Assembly (NCBI GenBank): GCA_964632315.1
Contig: CAZWEM010000047.1
Coordinates: 1-38,973, forward strand
Length of the DNA stretch: 38,973 bases
DNA from: an uncultured archaeon
GTDB taxonomy: Archaea; Asgardarchaeota; Lokiarchaeia; Sigyniarchaeales; SOKP01
Direction of reading: 5' to 3'
Positions within the stretch are counted from its first letter, which is position 1. The number at the start of each line of letters is the position of its first letter. Both the position numbers and the translations under genes were made by a program. The notes under the pieces were generated by a model. It was not told where the DNA came from, ran no database searches, and saw only the letters and a list, made by a program, of their open reading frames with translations. Of this stretch, positions 28,046 to 38,927 are shown in pieces.

Positions 28046-28606
28046 CTAATTAGAGGTAAAATATTTTCTCCAGTTTCTAATTATTTTTGATACAATTTTA
28101 AACAGTATATTCTCAGAATTAGTCAATTTTTTTTCTTCATCTAATGAAATATCTGTTTTAGAAAGTTTTAAAATCTTTATGAGACGATTATCAATATAAT
28201 TCGATGTGTAGGAGTTATAACGATCTAAATCGATTTTTGGTATCTTCCTTTCATTTACATTTTTCTCCATTATTACTCGATATTCTTTTAGTTTGGTTAA
28301 AAAATAGGGATCTTCTTGTTTAGTGAGTACTTCACCAATATTTACTTCATTTACAGCAAATCTTTGAATGTCTCTATCATCACATTTCTCATCAACACTA
28401 ATCGTTAAAACATTCCTTTCTATGAAAGGGAGTGCTGCAAAATATCTAATCTTGTATCTTTTTCCCTTTTCAAAAGGTCCGAAAGATTCTCCTAAAATAG
28501 AAAATCCTTCATGATTTTTTATACATTCAGTAAGAATCTCATTATTTTTAAAAATAAAATTTATACGTTTTAAAGCATCGTCTACTGGAATCTCAATTTT
28601 TAGCAT
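28046..28606 (-). CDS. gins23: GINS complex subunit, Gins23 (Psf2/Psf3-like, B-domain then A-domain)
   Basis: N-terminal beta domain FGPFEKGKRYKIRYFAALPF followed by helical RLIKILKLS...LTNSENILF...WRK; near mcm. Confidence 0.7.
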   Translation of the reverse strand: MLKIEIPVDDALKRINFIFKNNEILTECIKNHEGFSILGESFGPFEKGKRYKIRYFAALPFIERNVLTISVDEKCDDRDIQRFAVNEVNIGEVLTKQEDPYFLTKLKEYRVIMEKNVNERKIPKIDLDRYNSYTSNYIDNRLIKILKLSKTDISLDEEKKLTNSENILFKIVSKIIRNWRKYFTSN

Positions 28607-28722
28607 CTTGTAAGTACCAAATTTAATAATCTAAAATTCTTTTATAATAATTAAATATTTTTGACAAGAAAAAAAGCATTACTATGAAATAATTATTATC
28701 CATATTAAAGTGATATTAACTC

Positions 28723-31700
28723 TTGCTGGAGATAATAATTCTTATTTTATTTTTTCTATTTTTTGGAGTTGGATTTTTCTTAATTTATAAACAAGTTGCT
28801 TTGGTAAAGAAAGGGGAATTGGATTTCAAAGATAGACTGCAGTGTTTAATTTATGGCTTTTTATTTAGTGCTGGAATCATGGTAGTCGTATCTATGGGTT
28901 TTATATTCACTGATAATACGTTAAATCCTTTAATTCTAATTGGACCGTTATTCATTTGTCTAATATATATTTCAGTATATCCTTTAATCGATTTTTTATT
29001 TATAGCTTTAAGTAAAGACACTGATGAAGGGTTGACTCCTTTTCATAGTTTCTTGAGTGACCATTTCATTAATATTACAAAAAATTCATATATTTCAGCA
29101 CTGATGGCCTTAATTCTCTATTTAGTCATGATTCTTCCCCCAATTCTCCTTACAATGCTAAGATTACCATTTTCCATGTTATGGATCTCGTGGATGTTAT
29201 TCTACCCATTAATGATTTTAACCTACTATGGAAGTAAGGGATATATTGCTGGAATTTCAAACCAATATTATCATATTCCTGAAATGAAAAGGTCGTTATT
29301 TCTTAATTTTGAAGATCAAAAAAGAGGGATGAAACAGTTTTTTTCAGAACCTGGGCCCTTTATTGTATTTGGGATGATGATATTTGTTTTTGTGTGGGCA
29401 TGGATCTCACTCATTCAAACTGTAACCTTTTTCTTTACAAGATCCCTCGCTTTTTCCACCATGTCTTCATATTTTGTATATGTAACTCTTTTTTTTGGTA
29501 TAATTGGATACTTTACCCGATTTTGGGGAAGAAAAATAAAGTATCGTGGTATTGACATATATTTTGCAGCATATTTAATGACAGCAATAGGAATCAATGT
29601 ATTAGTTAATTTTTTGTTAGTAAATTATGTCGCTCTATCTCCTGTCTTCAATTCATGGGAATTTACTAAGACGATCATTCCCAATTATGCTAGTTTCGCG
29701 TGGGCAGCAATAATAGAAGAATGTACCTTGATCACATTTACTTCATACTTTTTAATTTCCAAGAAAAGTGAATTTAAGTATAAAATTAAATACTCAAAGA
29801 TAACTGAATCCGGAAAAACATTCGATCCAATACCTTTATTTACATTAATTAAAAATAAGGATCCAACAATATCAAGGTACGCTGAAGAGACTTTACGGTT
29901 AATGTTTGAGAGAATACCCCTAAAGTCTAAAGAAAAATTGAATGATTGGCGATTTAAAAATTCACTACTGGACGGAATTAGTGATTATAACGCGAATTCA
30001 AGGAGAATCTGTTCTAATATTTTAATACAATTGGAAAAAGACGCGCCAGACATTTTATTAAATTGGGTAATCGAAGCTTTCGAATCGCCTAATTATGATA
30101 AAAAAGTTCCCTTTTTGAAATCTCTATTACTATCTGATTCTGATATAATTAAAAAAATCCCACTAAAGATATTTCAAAATTTTCTTCAAGATCCTGAATG
30201 GAGAATTAGATTAGATGGAATTAAATTGATTAAGAAAGTTATTCATCTAAAACCTGAAATTTTATCAGGTTTAACTGTAAGTTTGCAAGGACTATCTGAT
30301 GACCCAAGTTCAAAAATCCAAGTAGAATTCTTAAGATTAATCTCTGAATCTAAGATAGATATTTCTCAGGAGTTAATTCTTCAAAAAGTGAGATCTCCTA
30401 AACATAGAGTAAGAGCAACTGCAATAGAATGCTTAGGAAAGTTAGATCTCGATCACATTGAAGAAGAACTGATTTCAGATCTTATTCCACTCTTAATTAA
30501 TTCAACATCTTCTGTAAAATCATCAATTTTACACTTAATTTCTAAAATTGGAAAGTTTGATAAATTCAACATCTCTATTTCATTCCTTTTTGATGCTTTA
30601 AATGATAATGATGAAGCTCTAAGGAATTCTGCAGTTAAAGCAATTACAAAATACTACTCTGACAATCCTAAAAAACTCGATTTAGATATTATTATTAAAA
30701 AAATTGATTTTAGTAAAATTGATACCATTAAAAGTGTTGTCTCTCTACTTGATAATCTGTGGGATGCAGATCCTGAAAAAGTCTTAACTACTTTTCTTAT
30801 ATTGATAAAAGTTGATAACTTAGAACTTAAGTCTAAGATATCAAAATTGTTAGTCAATCATTCTTTTAAGTTTCCCCGTTTAATATTAAAAAGCTTGTTA
30901 GAAGTAAAAGATGATTCTGGATTTGTTTCAAAAGGTATAATATCTAAAACGATAATTGAAATAACAAAAAAAAATCCACAAAAGATTATCCCTCTTATTT
31001 ATCAAAATTTAAAATCAGATGATTATGATATTCTCTTAAATGCTCTTGTCTCTTTAGACACCTTAATCGATCATTTTGATCTTGATCTTGATTTATATGC
31101 CATTATGGAAATCCTTAGAAAAGAAAATTCACCAAAATTAAAAGTAAAGGCTTCACAAATCATTTCAAAGATTGCAAGCCGAAGTCCAAGTAATGTAAGA
31201 CCTTTTATCGATGAATTATTCGCATTTGCTCATGAATTTGAATCCTCACCGAAAATTACATTAATGAAAAGCTTTTTGGAAATTTCTCAACAGTCACCAG
31301 ACATAATTCCAATTGATCCAGTTATCGAACACCTTATAGATGAAGAAGTTCTTGTGCGAGAGATATCTACAAAAATTTTAGGAAATATCGCTTATAAGGC
31401 TCCTTTTGTGATCAGAGATGCACTATTCCAAAGATCTCTAAATGATAAAGATTGGGCAGTACGAGATGCAGCAATAAAGAGTTTGGGAAAAATCGTTAAT
31501 TTAATTGATGAAAAAGAAGAAATCGTTAATGATTTGATTCCTTATATTGATGATAAAAGTGGTTGGGTAAGTAGATCTGTAATGAGCTTACTATCAGAAA
31601 TTCAAGATCTTGATGCTTCAAAAATTCCTTTTGAAAGAGTAATCAAAAATATTAGTAATACTGACCCAAAAGTAAGGCAAGGTCTTGCTGCTTTATTAAG

Positions 31701-32031
31701 TATTTATAATGAAAATATTGATAGCCTTTTTGATTATGCACTCCCCCTTCTTGGTGACAATGATAAAGATGTAAGAGCGAATATGATTAATTCACTTGTA
31801 AAAGTCATCCAAAAAGTTGGACTAAAGGCGCTCATTTCAAGATTATTACAAAACTTAAGCGATGAGACGTCCATTCGCATACAACAATCAATTTCATTGA
31901 TTATAGAACGTACTGTAAGATATGGGGATGAAAAATTAAGGAAACGGGCTCTTTCTCTACTTAAAATAAGGTGTGAAGTGTCTCAAGATCCGATAATTTG
32001 TGAAGTTTTCAACAAATTAAATGAAATATAA
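28723..32031 (+). CDS. Multi-pass membrane protein (roughly 8-9 TM segments in the first ~345 aa) fused to a long HEAT-repeat solenoid
   Basis: Hydrophobic N-terminal segments; repeated LxDxxxxVR motifs (LQDPEWRIR, LNDNDEALR, LNDKDWAVRDAA, LGDNDKDVR). Confidence 0.85.
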   Translation: MLEIIILILFFLFFGVGFFLIYKQVALVKKGELDFKDRLQCLIYGFLFSAGIMVVVSMGFIFTDNTLNPLILIGPLFICLIYISVYPLIDFLFIALSKDTDEGLTPFHSFLSDHFINITKNSYISALMALILYLVMILPPILLTMLRLPFSMLWISWMLFYPLMILTYYGSKGYIAGISNQYYHIPEMKRSLFLNFEDQKRGMKQFFSEPGPFIVFGMMIFVFVWAWISLIQTVTFFFTRSLAFSTMSSYFVYVTLFFGIIGYFTRFWGRKIKYRGIDIYFAAYLMTAIGINVLVNFLLVNYVALSPVFNSWEFTKTIIPNYASFAWAAIIEECTLITFTSYFLISKKSEFKYKIKYSKITESGKTFDPIPLFTLIKNKDPTISRYAEETLRLMFERIPLKSKEKLNDWRFKNSLLDGISDYNANSRRICSNILIQLEKDAPDILLNWVIEAFESPNYDKKVPFLKSLLLSDSDIIKKIPLKIFQNFLQDPEWRIRLDGIKLIKKVIHLKPEILSGLTVSLQGLSDDPSSKIQVEFLRLISESKIDISQELILQKVRSPKHRVRATAIECLGKLDLDHIEEELISDLIPLLINSTSSVKSSILHLISKIGKFDKFNISISFLFDALNDNDEALRNSAVKAITKYYSDNPKKLDLDIIIKKIDFSKIDTIKSVVSLLDNLWDADPEKVLTTFLILIKVDNLELKSKISKLLVNHSFKFPRLILKSLLEVKDDSGFVSKGIISKTIIEITKKNPQKIIPLIYQNLKSDDYDILLNALVSLDTLIDHFDLDLDLYAIMEILRKENSPKLKVKASQIISKIASRSPSNVRPFIDELFAFAHEFESSPKITLMKSFLEISQQSPDIIPIDPVIEHLIDEEVLVREISTKILGNIAYKAPFVIRDALFQRSLNDKDWAVRDAAIKSLGKIVNLIDEKEEIVNDLIPYIDDKSGWVSRSVMSLLSEIQDLDASKIPFERVIKNISNTDPKVRQGLAALLSIYNENIDSLFDYALPLLGDNDKDVRANMINSLVKVIQKVGLKALISRLLQNLSDETSIRIQQSISLIIERTVRYGDEKLRKRALSLLKIRCEVSQDPIICEVFNKLNEI

Positions 32032-32198
32032 ACTTGAGTCTTAAAATTAAATCACTAAATCTAATCTCTCTTTTTTCATTTAATTAAAATCGGATTACAA
32101 TTATTTGCAGTTTAATAAGCTTAAATCGTTAATATGTCGGATTAATATATGATAAAAAATATTTCTGGAATATTAATTATTCTTTATGGTGAATCGAA

Positions 32199-34328
32199 TT
32201 GACAATCCCTTCAAATAGTCCAAGCACTCCTATAAATAATGTACAACGGTTTGAAGATTTTTTAAGGTTCTTTGAAGAGAAACCAAGTGTTTACAAATAT
32301 CAAGAAGAAATAAATAATGTTTCTTCTAAGGGAGGAAATACTCTCATAATTCTTTTTGAAGATTTGCTTGCATTCGATTCACAAATAGCTGAAAAATTAC
32401 GAAAGGATCCGGAAACTCTTCTTGAAGATGCCGTAGATGCATTTAAAAATGTACTTAAATTTCAAGGAGGGAAAGTTACAGATCAAGAATATTTTGTAAG
32501 AATCTCCACAAGAGATGAAAAAAGTTCCTTGTCTGTACCTTTAAGAGGATTAAGAGCAAAAAATATTGATAATCTGATTCTTACTAAAGGAATCTTGGTA
32601 AGAAGCTCAGCAGTAAGGCCAAAATTGATTGAAGCCATATTTAAGTGTTCTTTATGTGGAAATGAAATAACTGTAGAACAATTTACATCTAGATTGAGAA
32701 TGCCAAAATTCTGTCCTAATAAAACTTGTAAAGCTAAGGCTCAATCTGATTTTCATCTTGTTTCTAAAATATCAAAATTTATCGACTGGCAAAGTATTAT
32801 GATTCAAGAAATTCCGGAGGATTTGCCACCTGGTCGAATTCCAAGATCAGTTCAAGCGATTTTAACCCATGACTTAGTTGATATAGTGAAACCGGGTGAT
32901 AGAATAAAGATAGTAGGCACATTTAAATCTGTAGTAGCTCAATCATCAAGAAATTTGAATAGTAATATATTTAAAACCTTTATTAGCGTTAACTTCATTG
33001 ATCCCGAAGATAAAACGGATGAATTCATTGAACTTTCAAAAGAGGATAAAGATATTATTGAAAAATTATCGAAAGAACCAATGATTCAGAAAAAAATATC
33101 AAGATCAATATCACCTACGATATATGGGAGGGATTCTCTTAAAATGGCCTCTGCCCTAAGCTTATTTGCGGGATCAAGAAAACCAAGGCCTGGAGGAGGA
33201 TTTAAAAGAGGGGATATTCACATATTGTTTGTAGGGGATCCAGGAACGGGAAAATCAGAGATTCTTAAAAGTGCAATAGAAATATCTCCAAGAGGATTAT
33301 ACGTATCTGGAAAAGGTTCAACAGGTGTGGGCTTGACAGCAGCAGTAATTAAAGACAGTGAAACAAATCAGATGAATCTTGAAGCAGGAGCGGTTGTTTT
33401 AGCTAATGGGGGTGTGGCAGCAATTGATGAATTTGATAAAATGGATTCTGGAGATAGATCTGCTCTACATGAGGCGATGGAACAACAAACAGTAAGCATC
33501 GCCAAAGCAGGGATAGTAGCGACACTAAAAGCGCAAACAGCTATAATAGCAGCTGCAAATCCACGATCAGGAAGATATGATAGATATAAAACTCCTTCTC
33601 AGAATATTAATTTACCACCATCGTTACTTTCTAGGTTTGATCTCATATTTGTAGTAGTGGATAGACCTAATCCCGCTGATGATGCTCAAATGGCTGAGTT
33701 TATCTTAAATAGTTCAATGATTGATCCAAAGAGTTCCACAGAGGATTTAAGTCAGATTACGGCTCCAATTCCCCCGGATCTTTTGAAAAAGTACATAAAG
33801 CATGCAAGAAGAACGTGTTTTCCTGTTTTAAGTAAAGAAGCTAAAGAACGAATTAAGGAGTTTTACCTTGAATTAAGAGGTCAATATGACAGTGAAGATG
33901 CTATAGTATCCATATTAGCCCGAAATCTTGATGCTTTAGTCAGATTAAGCGAATCATACGCTAAAATGGCTCTTAGAAGTAAAGTTTTGAAAGCTGATGT
34001 GGAAGAAATCGTTAAGCTTTTCAAAAGATATTTAAAAGATACTGGTTATGACGAAACTACTGGAAAAATTGATATGGACCGAATTTTGGTTGGGCAATCC
34101 AGAAGTACTTTGAATAAATTAGATAAATTGATGAATAAATTGAAGGAAATATATGAATCCAATAACTGGAGAGCCTTAGAAAAACAGAGCGTGGTTCAAA
34201 TATTGAGTTTAGAAGATGGTTTAGACGAACAATTTATCAAAAGTGCACTTGATGAGCTTGTTAAAGAAGGGACATTGTATGAACCGAAAAATAATTTGAT
34301 CAAATTTACCAATAAAGAAGGAGAATAA
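32199..34328 (+). CDS. mcm: MCM replicative helicase
   Basis: CSLC...CPNKTC Zn finger; GDPGTGKS; IDEFDKM; LLSRFDL; C-terminal wHTH; TTG start with GGTGA RBS; no intein seen. Confidence 0.97.
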   Translation: MTIPSNSPSTPINNVQRFEDFLRFFEEKPSVYKYQEEINNVSSKGGNTLIILFEDLLAFDSQIAEKLRKDPETLLEDAVDAFKNVLKFQGGKVTDQEYFVRISTRDEKSSLSVPLRGLRAKNIDNLILTKGILVRSSAVRPKLIEAIFKCSLCGNEITVEQFTSRLRMPKFCPNKTCKAKAQSDFHLVSKISKFIDWQSIMIQEIPEDLPPGRIPRSVQAILTHDLVDIVKPGDRIKIVGTFKSVVAQSSRNLNSNIFKTFISVNFIDPEDKTDEFIELSKEDKDIIEKLSKEPMIQKKISRSISPTIYGRDSLKMASALSLFAGSRKPRPGGGFKRGDIHILFVGDPGTGKSEILKSAIEISPRGLYVSGKGSTGVGLTAAVIKDSETNQMNLEAGAVVLANGGVAAIDEFDKMDSGDRSALHEAMEQQTVSIAKAGIVATLKAQTAIIAAANPRSGRYDRYKTPSQNINLPPSLLSRFDLIFVVVDRPNPADDAQMAEFILNSSMIDPKSSTEDLSQITAPIPPDLLKKYIKHARRTCFPVLSKEAKERIKEFYLELRGQYDSEDAIVSILARNLDALVRLSESYAKMALRSKVLKADVEEIVKLFKRYLKDTGYDETTGKIDMDRILVGQSRSTLNKLDKLMNKLKEIYESNNWRALEKQSVVQILSLEDGLDEQFIKSALDELVKEGTLYEPKNNLIKFTNKEGE

Positions 34329-34479
34329 CTACTTTTCTTTATTTTTAAAAAGGTTATGTTTTAATATTTTAATTTTACAATTTTATTTAATCATTAAATT
34401 ATACTGTGATTATAATTCCTGACTCACTAGATAATTCAAAGCAAGCTTTGATTGGAGAAACCACTGCTAAAATTAAAAT

Positions 34480-36333
34480 CTATAGATTTAACTTGAGATT
34501 ATCTAAGTCTAAATAACATAATTTACTTTTTTCAGGAATTCCCGATTTAGGGTTCCAATCCCTTAATTTATAATAACTTGATTTAAGTTTCTCAAAATCT
34601 GGAGCTCTATTTTTAATAGGCCCTTCTTTTAAAGGTTCTAATAAAATTTTAGGTATGTAATCTTCTTTAGCTGTTAATCCCATCTTATTATTAAACAACC
34701 TTTTTAAAGTAAAGATCCTTTCCCCCATCAATTTTATATCTTCTATTGTGTAATTATAACCCATTGAGAAATTAATCAATTCCAACATCAAACTGGGAGG
34801 AGGATTTGAGAAGAAACATGAAATGAGGCTAGAATATATACTTCTATAATCCTGTAGCAATATAGTCCCTCTTACGATATCTTTTTGGTTAGAGTTCATC
34901 AGAACTTTTTTAATTCCTAATTCCGAGAAATCAATATTAAAGTCATGTCTTAAAACTTTAAAAGAGTCTGCAGTAGTATGACAAGCTCCTCTTGGACTAA
35001 AAGCGTAAGTCAAAGCCATACCATAGCAATATCTTAAATCATGATAAGGAACTTCCAATTTATTAACTGTAGCGATCTCATCTTCAGATAACCCGAATTT
35101 TTTTCCAGTTTCACAAGATCCCTCTGCTAATAAATCACCTATTCCCTTTCTAAAGGCAATATTTCTAATCAATGTTTTTAAAGGCTCTGAAGAACCCCAT
35201 TTTAACTTTAAACCATCAAGATTCGCCTCTTTTTGGTTATGAATGTGATAAAGTAGAGATATAACTCCGCTCGTACTAATAGTATCTAATCCGTAATCAT
35301 TGCACATATCATTCGAGATGGCTATTGACTCTAAATCATCATTGAGTATCATTGAGCCAAATCCAGCAATAGTTTCATATTCTGGGCCTTCACATAAAGG
35401 AATAGTGTATTTCTTATTATCTATTTTGATAATCCTTCCACAACCGATGCTACAACCATAACAAGATTTATTCTTAACCAAAAATTTAGAATTTAAATTT
35501 TCTCCAGAAATTTTAGAGATATTATCCCATTTTCCTTTTGACCAGTATTTAATAGGTAAATCTCCAACAGAATATGATCCTAACACACCAGCACTGGTTC
35601 CCATCCCTCTTAAAATTTGAGTTATACTTGAATTTAAAATATGACTTATTGCTTTTTTACTACTCTCCTTGAACTTCTCAGGATTTGAAAGTTTTGGTTT
35701 AAAATTATTTCCTTTTACAAGTATTGCTTTCAAATTTTTTGAGCCCATAATTGCTCCCATACCTGTTCTACCGGCAGAACGGCCTTCTGCGTTAACATTT
35801 GCATATTTAACTAGGTTTTCTCCTGCTTGTCCTATGCATAAAACTTTAAATGATTCTGAAATCTTTTTCAAGTTTTTTCGTGATTTCTTTATACCCATTC
35901 CCCATAGATAATTTGCCTCTTGGATTTGAACGTCATCATTTGTAATCTTAATGTAAATAGGGCTGTCTGATTTTCCCTCAACGATTATTCCATCATATCC
36001 CGCTTTTTTCAATTCTACACCAAATGTTCCTCCACAGTTTGATTCCCCCCATAATCCAGTATATGGGGATTTTGAACATATGACAAATCTACTGACTGAT
36101 GGAGCTCTTGTTAAAGTTAGGGGACCGTTCATTATCATTATTACGTTTTCTTTTGATAAAGGAATTGTACTTTTATCGAGCTGATTAATCAAGTACCTAC
36201 AAGCATATCCAGTACCTCCTAAAAAAGCACCAACATAATCCAAATCCAAAGAAATTGACTGAATTAGGTCTTTACTTAAATTAATCTTTAAAATTTTCCC
36301 TGTAAACCCAAAATATTCATTATTTGTGTTCAA
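34480..36333 (-). CDS. aor: Tungsten-dependent aldehyde:ferredoxin oxidoreductase family protein
   Basis: KSPYTG, GRTGMGAIMGSKNLKAI, CYGCSIGC, EGPEYET, YGLDTIS, RGACH. Confidence 0.93.
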   Translation of the reverse strand: MNTNNEYFGFTGKILKINLSKDLIQSISLDLDYVGAFLGGTGYACRYLINQLDKSTIPLSKENVIMIMNGPLTLTRAPSVSRFVICSKSPYTGLWGESNCGGTFGVELKKAGYDGIIVEGKSDSPIYIKITNDDVQIQEANYLWGMGIKKSRKNLKKISESFKVLCIGQAGENLVKYANVNAEGRSAGRTGMGAIMGSKNLKAILVKGNNFKPKLSNPEKFKESSKKAISHILNSSITQILRGMGTSAGVLGSYSVGDLPIKYWSKGKWDNISKISGENLNSKFLVKNKSCYGCSIGCGRIIKIDNKKYTIPLCEGPEYETIAGFGSMILNDDLESIAISNDMCNDYGLDTISTSGVISLLYHIHNQKEANLDGLKLKWGSSEPLKTLIRNIAFRKGIGDLLAEGSCETGKKFGLSEDEIATVNKLEVPYHDLRYCYGMALTYAFSPRGACHTTADSFKVLRHDFNIDFSELGIKKVLMNSNQKDIVRGTILLQDYRSIYSSLISCFFSNPPPSLMLELINFSMGYNYTIEDIKLMGERIFTLKRLFNNKMGLTAKEDYIPKILLEPLKEGPIKNRAPDFEKLKSSYYKLRDWNPKSGIPEKSKLCYLDLDNLKLNL

Positions 36334-36458
36334 AATTCGAAAAATACCATAAATAGTTCAATTTAATAGATATTTAATAAAGTGGATAATTCATAATAAA
36401 CATTAAATTTTCTTTATACAAAGTATAAACTTAAAACTATAATTGATTTGAAGTTAAA

Positions 36459-37439
36459 ATGAAGGCTGCAGTATTTGTTGATACGAGAAGAATTGAATAT
36501 TATGGAGATTATCCAAAACCAATCTTAGGAAAAGATGATATTTTAGTTAAAGTCCACTATTGTGGGATTTGTGGTTCTGACATCACGAATTTCAAGTTAA
36601 AAATGTACCAAGTACCGTTGATTATGGGGCATGAATTTACTGGTGAAGTTTATGAGATTGGGGCTGATGTCGACGAGTTTAAAATTGGAGATCTTGTTTG
36701 TGGTATTAATGTTTCACTAGATATCAGCCAAGGAAACTTAGATGGGTTAGGAATATTTCAAAATGGAGGGTTTGCCGAATTTGTTAAAGTTCCACACAAG
36801 TATCTTTTTCATATTCCAGGTAATATCTCAACTAAGGAAGCAGTAATGATTGAATCTTTTGCGAATGCTTCAAGAGGAGTTAGGCTTTCTAAGATTCAAG
36901 AAAATCAAAAAATCTTCATAATAGGGGGAGGAAATATTGGACTTTGTTTTCTGAACTTTTTAATTAAAGAAAAAAATCCTAAGTATATCGTTATTATTGA
37001 ACCTCATGAATATTTAAGACAGAAGGCTATTGAAATAGGGGCTACTGATGCATTTCCTCCAACTATAACGAAGATTAAGAAATTCATAAAGAATCATTCT
37101 AAGCCCTCTTTTATTTTTGATTGTGCTGGAAATGAAAAAACAATTCTAATGGCTATTGATTTGATTGATCGAGGAGGTACAATCATTTTAGAGGGTGTCT
37201 ACAAGGGAAAAGCATCAATACCATTGTTTCTATTGAATTCTAAAGAAGCAACAATTAAAGGTGTTTTAGGTCATGATCGGCAAGATATTTTAAATTCAAT
37301 TGCTCTGTTTGAACAATCAAAGATTGATACAAAACATTTCATTACTCAAGAAGTTCATCTAAATGAAATTCAAACAGCTTTTAATAGATATGTTAATAGT
37401 AAAAAACGAGACTTTGTTAAAATTGTGGTTAAAATCTAA
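36459..37439 (+). CDS. Zn-dependent medium-chain dehydrogenase (threonine/sorbitol dehydrogenase-like) lacking the structural-Zn loop
   Basis: CGICGSD, GHEFTG, GGGNIG Rossmann motif; no CxxCxxC...C cluster. Confidence 0.88.
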   Translation: MKAAVFVDTRRIEYYGDYPKPILGKDDILVKVHYCGICGSDITNFKLKMYQVPLIMGHEFTGEVYEIGADVDEFKIGDLVCGINVSLDISQGNLDGLGIFQNGGFAEFVKVPHKYLFHIPGNISTKEAVMIESFANASRGVRLSKIQENQKIFIIGGGNIGLCFLNFLIKEKNPKYIVIIEPHEYLRQKAIEIGATDAFPPTITKIKKFIKNHSKPSFIFDCAGNEKTILMAIDLIDRGGTIILEGVYKGKASIPLFLLNSKEATIKGVLGHDRQDILNSIALFEQSKIDTKHFITQEVHLNEIQTAFNRYVNSKKRDFVKIVVKI

Positions 37440-37693
37440 TTACCATTATATTCAAAAGAAATTCTTCTATTAATTTTCCGAATAACCCTTTTTCATATAG
37501 GTAAAATATGGATGAAATATTCAAATCATTTCAACCAATAAATTTGCATGATGTTTTTTACTTTAACCATAAATATAGGAGAACTTGGATCTAAGTTTTT
37601 CTTCACGATAACTCAAAAATAGTATAAATATTAAATATCTTGAATCCAAAATAAAAATATTAAATGAAATTTCAAAACGTTGAGGTTTATTAA

Positions 37694-38785
37694 ATGGTTA
37701 CTGGAATTGTTTATGATGATATATATTTGGAGCATAGAATTGGTACTCACGTGGAAAGTCATATCAGATTAGTAACTATTATGAAATTACTTAAGGAAAA
37801 AGGACTTTTAGACAATGAAGATTTCACATTGATTAAACCCAGGAAAGCTAGTTTGAGTCAAATTAAATATGTTCATACAGAGAATTTAATCAAAGAAGTT
37901 AAAGATTTATGTGAATTAAGCCAAAAAACTGGGAGAATCCAGCAATTGGATATGGATACAGCTGTATCAGCTAAAACTTTCGAGGCATCACTCTTTTCGG
38001 TTGGGGGGAATTTAGAATGCATTGATGCTATTCTCTCAAAAAAAATACAAAATGGATTCGCTTTAGTAAGACCTCCAGGGCATCATTCAAACTCTTATAG
38101 ATGCGCCGGCTTTTGTATTTTTAATAACATTGCGATTGCAACTGAATATCTTATAAGGGAAAAAGGATTTAAAAGAGTTGCAATAATTGATTGGGATTGC
38201 CATCATGGAAATGGAACGCAAGATATTTTTTTTAATGGTACAGAAAGCGGCGAGGTAATTATAATTAATTCTCATCAAGATCCTACTTACTTTTATCCAG
38301 GATCGGGATTTTTTAATGAGATTGGAGCGGATAAGGGTGCTGGAAAAATAATAAATTTTCCAATGCCTCCGGGATCCGCTGATGATGCAATAATGACCTA
38401 CTTTGATGAGATAGCATCTCCAATTTTGAATGAATTCAAACCAGAATTTATTCTAATATCTGCTGGGTTCGACACTCACTGGACAGACAGGTTAACAAGT
38501 ATGGGTTGGACATATCAAGCTCCCGCACATTATTTAGAAAAAATAAAGAAAATTGCTGAAAAATACTCTAATGGAAGGATCCTGTTAACATTAGAGGGGG
38601 GATATGAGGTAGATAAACAAGCTATAGCCGTATATAATTGTTTACAAGTTTTAAATAATAGAACAAATAACTTAATAGAAGAAAAACCCAGAACATCAGA
38701 AGAGGATATCTTGAATTATATCAATACTAGTCTATTTCCAAAACTGAAAAATAAATTAAAAAAGTATTGGAATTGCTTTCAATAA
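37694..38785 (+). CDS. Histone deacetylase-family (class II-like/AcuC) Zn hydrolase
   Basis: RPPGHH, GFCIFNN, DWDCHHGNGTQ, SAGFDTH, LEGGY. Confidence 0.95.
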   Translation: MVTGIVYDDIYLEHRIGTHVESHIRLVTIMKLLKEKGLLDNEDFTLIKPRKASLSQIKYVHTENLIKEVKDLCELSQKTGRIQQLDMDTAVSAKTFEASLFSVGGNLECIDAILSKKIQNGFALVRPPGHHSNSYRCAGFCIFNNIAIATEYLIREKGFKRVAIIDWDCHHGNGTQDIFFNGTESGEVIIINSHQDPTYFYPGSGFFNEIGADKGAGKIINFPMPPGSADDAIMTYFDEIASPILNEFKPEFILISAGFDTHWTDRLTSMGWTYQAPAHYLEKIKKIAEKYSNGRILLTLEGGYEVDKQAIAVYNCLQVLNNRTNNLIEEKPRTSEEDILNYINTSLFPKLKNKLKKYWNCFQ

Positions 38786-38877
38786 TAGCAATTGTATTCT
38801 TGCATTAATTTATAAACATGTTTCACTATTTTAGTTACAAATCAATAAATTTTTTTATAGACAATAGGTAAAAATTT

Positions 38878-38927
38878 ATGTCGGACGAATATGAACGTGA
38901 TGACGACGAGGAATCTATGGGGGCGGT
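38878..38927 (+). CDS. Start of a truncated ORF (MSDEYERDDDEESMG...) at the contig end
   Basis: ATG with AGGT upstream; runs into poly-G. Confidence 0.4.

Noticed and set aside
22530-34328. Inteins in Top6B or MCM
   Set aside because: No C/S...HN-C/S/T splice junctions or LAGLIDADG motifs were seen; MCM is of normal length.
1919-38278. Short antisense ORFs in the track (for example 4512-4880, 5642-6103, 20918-21349, 24936-25373)
   Set aside because: They are shadows of well-supported genes on the opposite strand, with Ser/Phe-rich composition mirroring Glu/Lys codons and no motifs.
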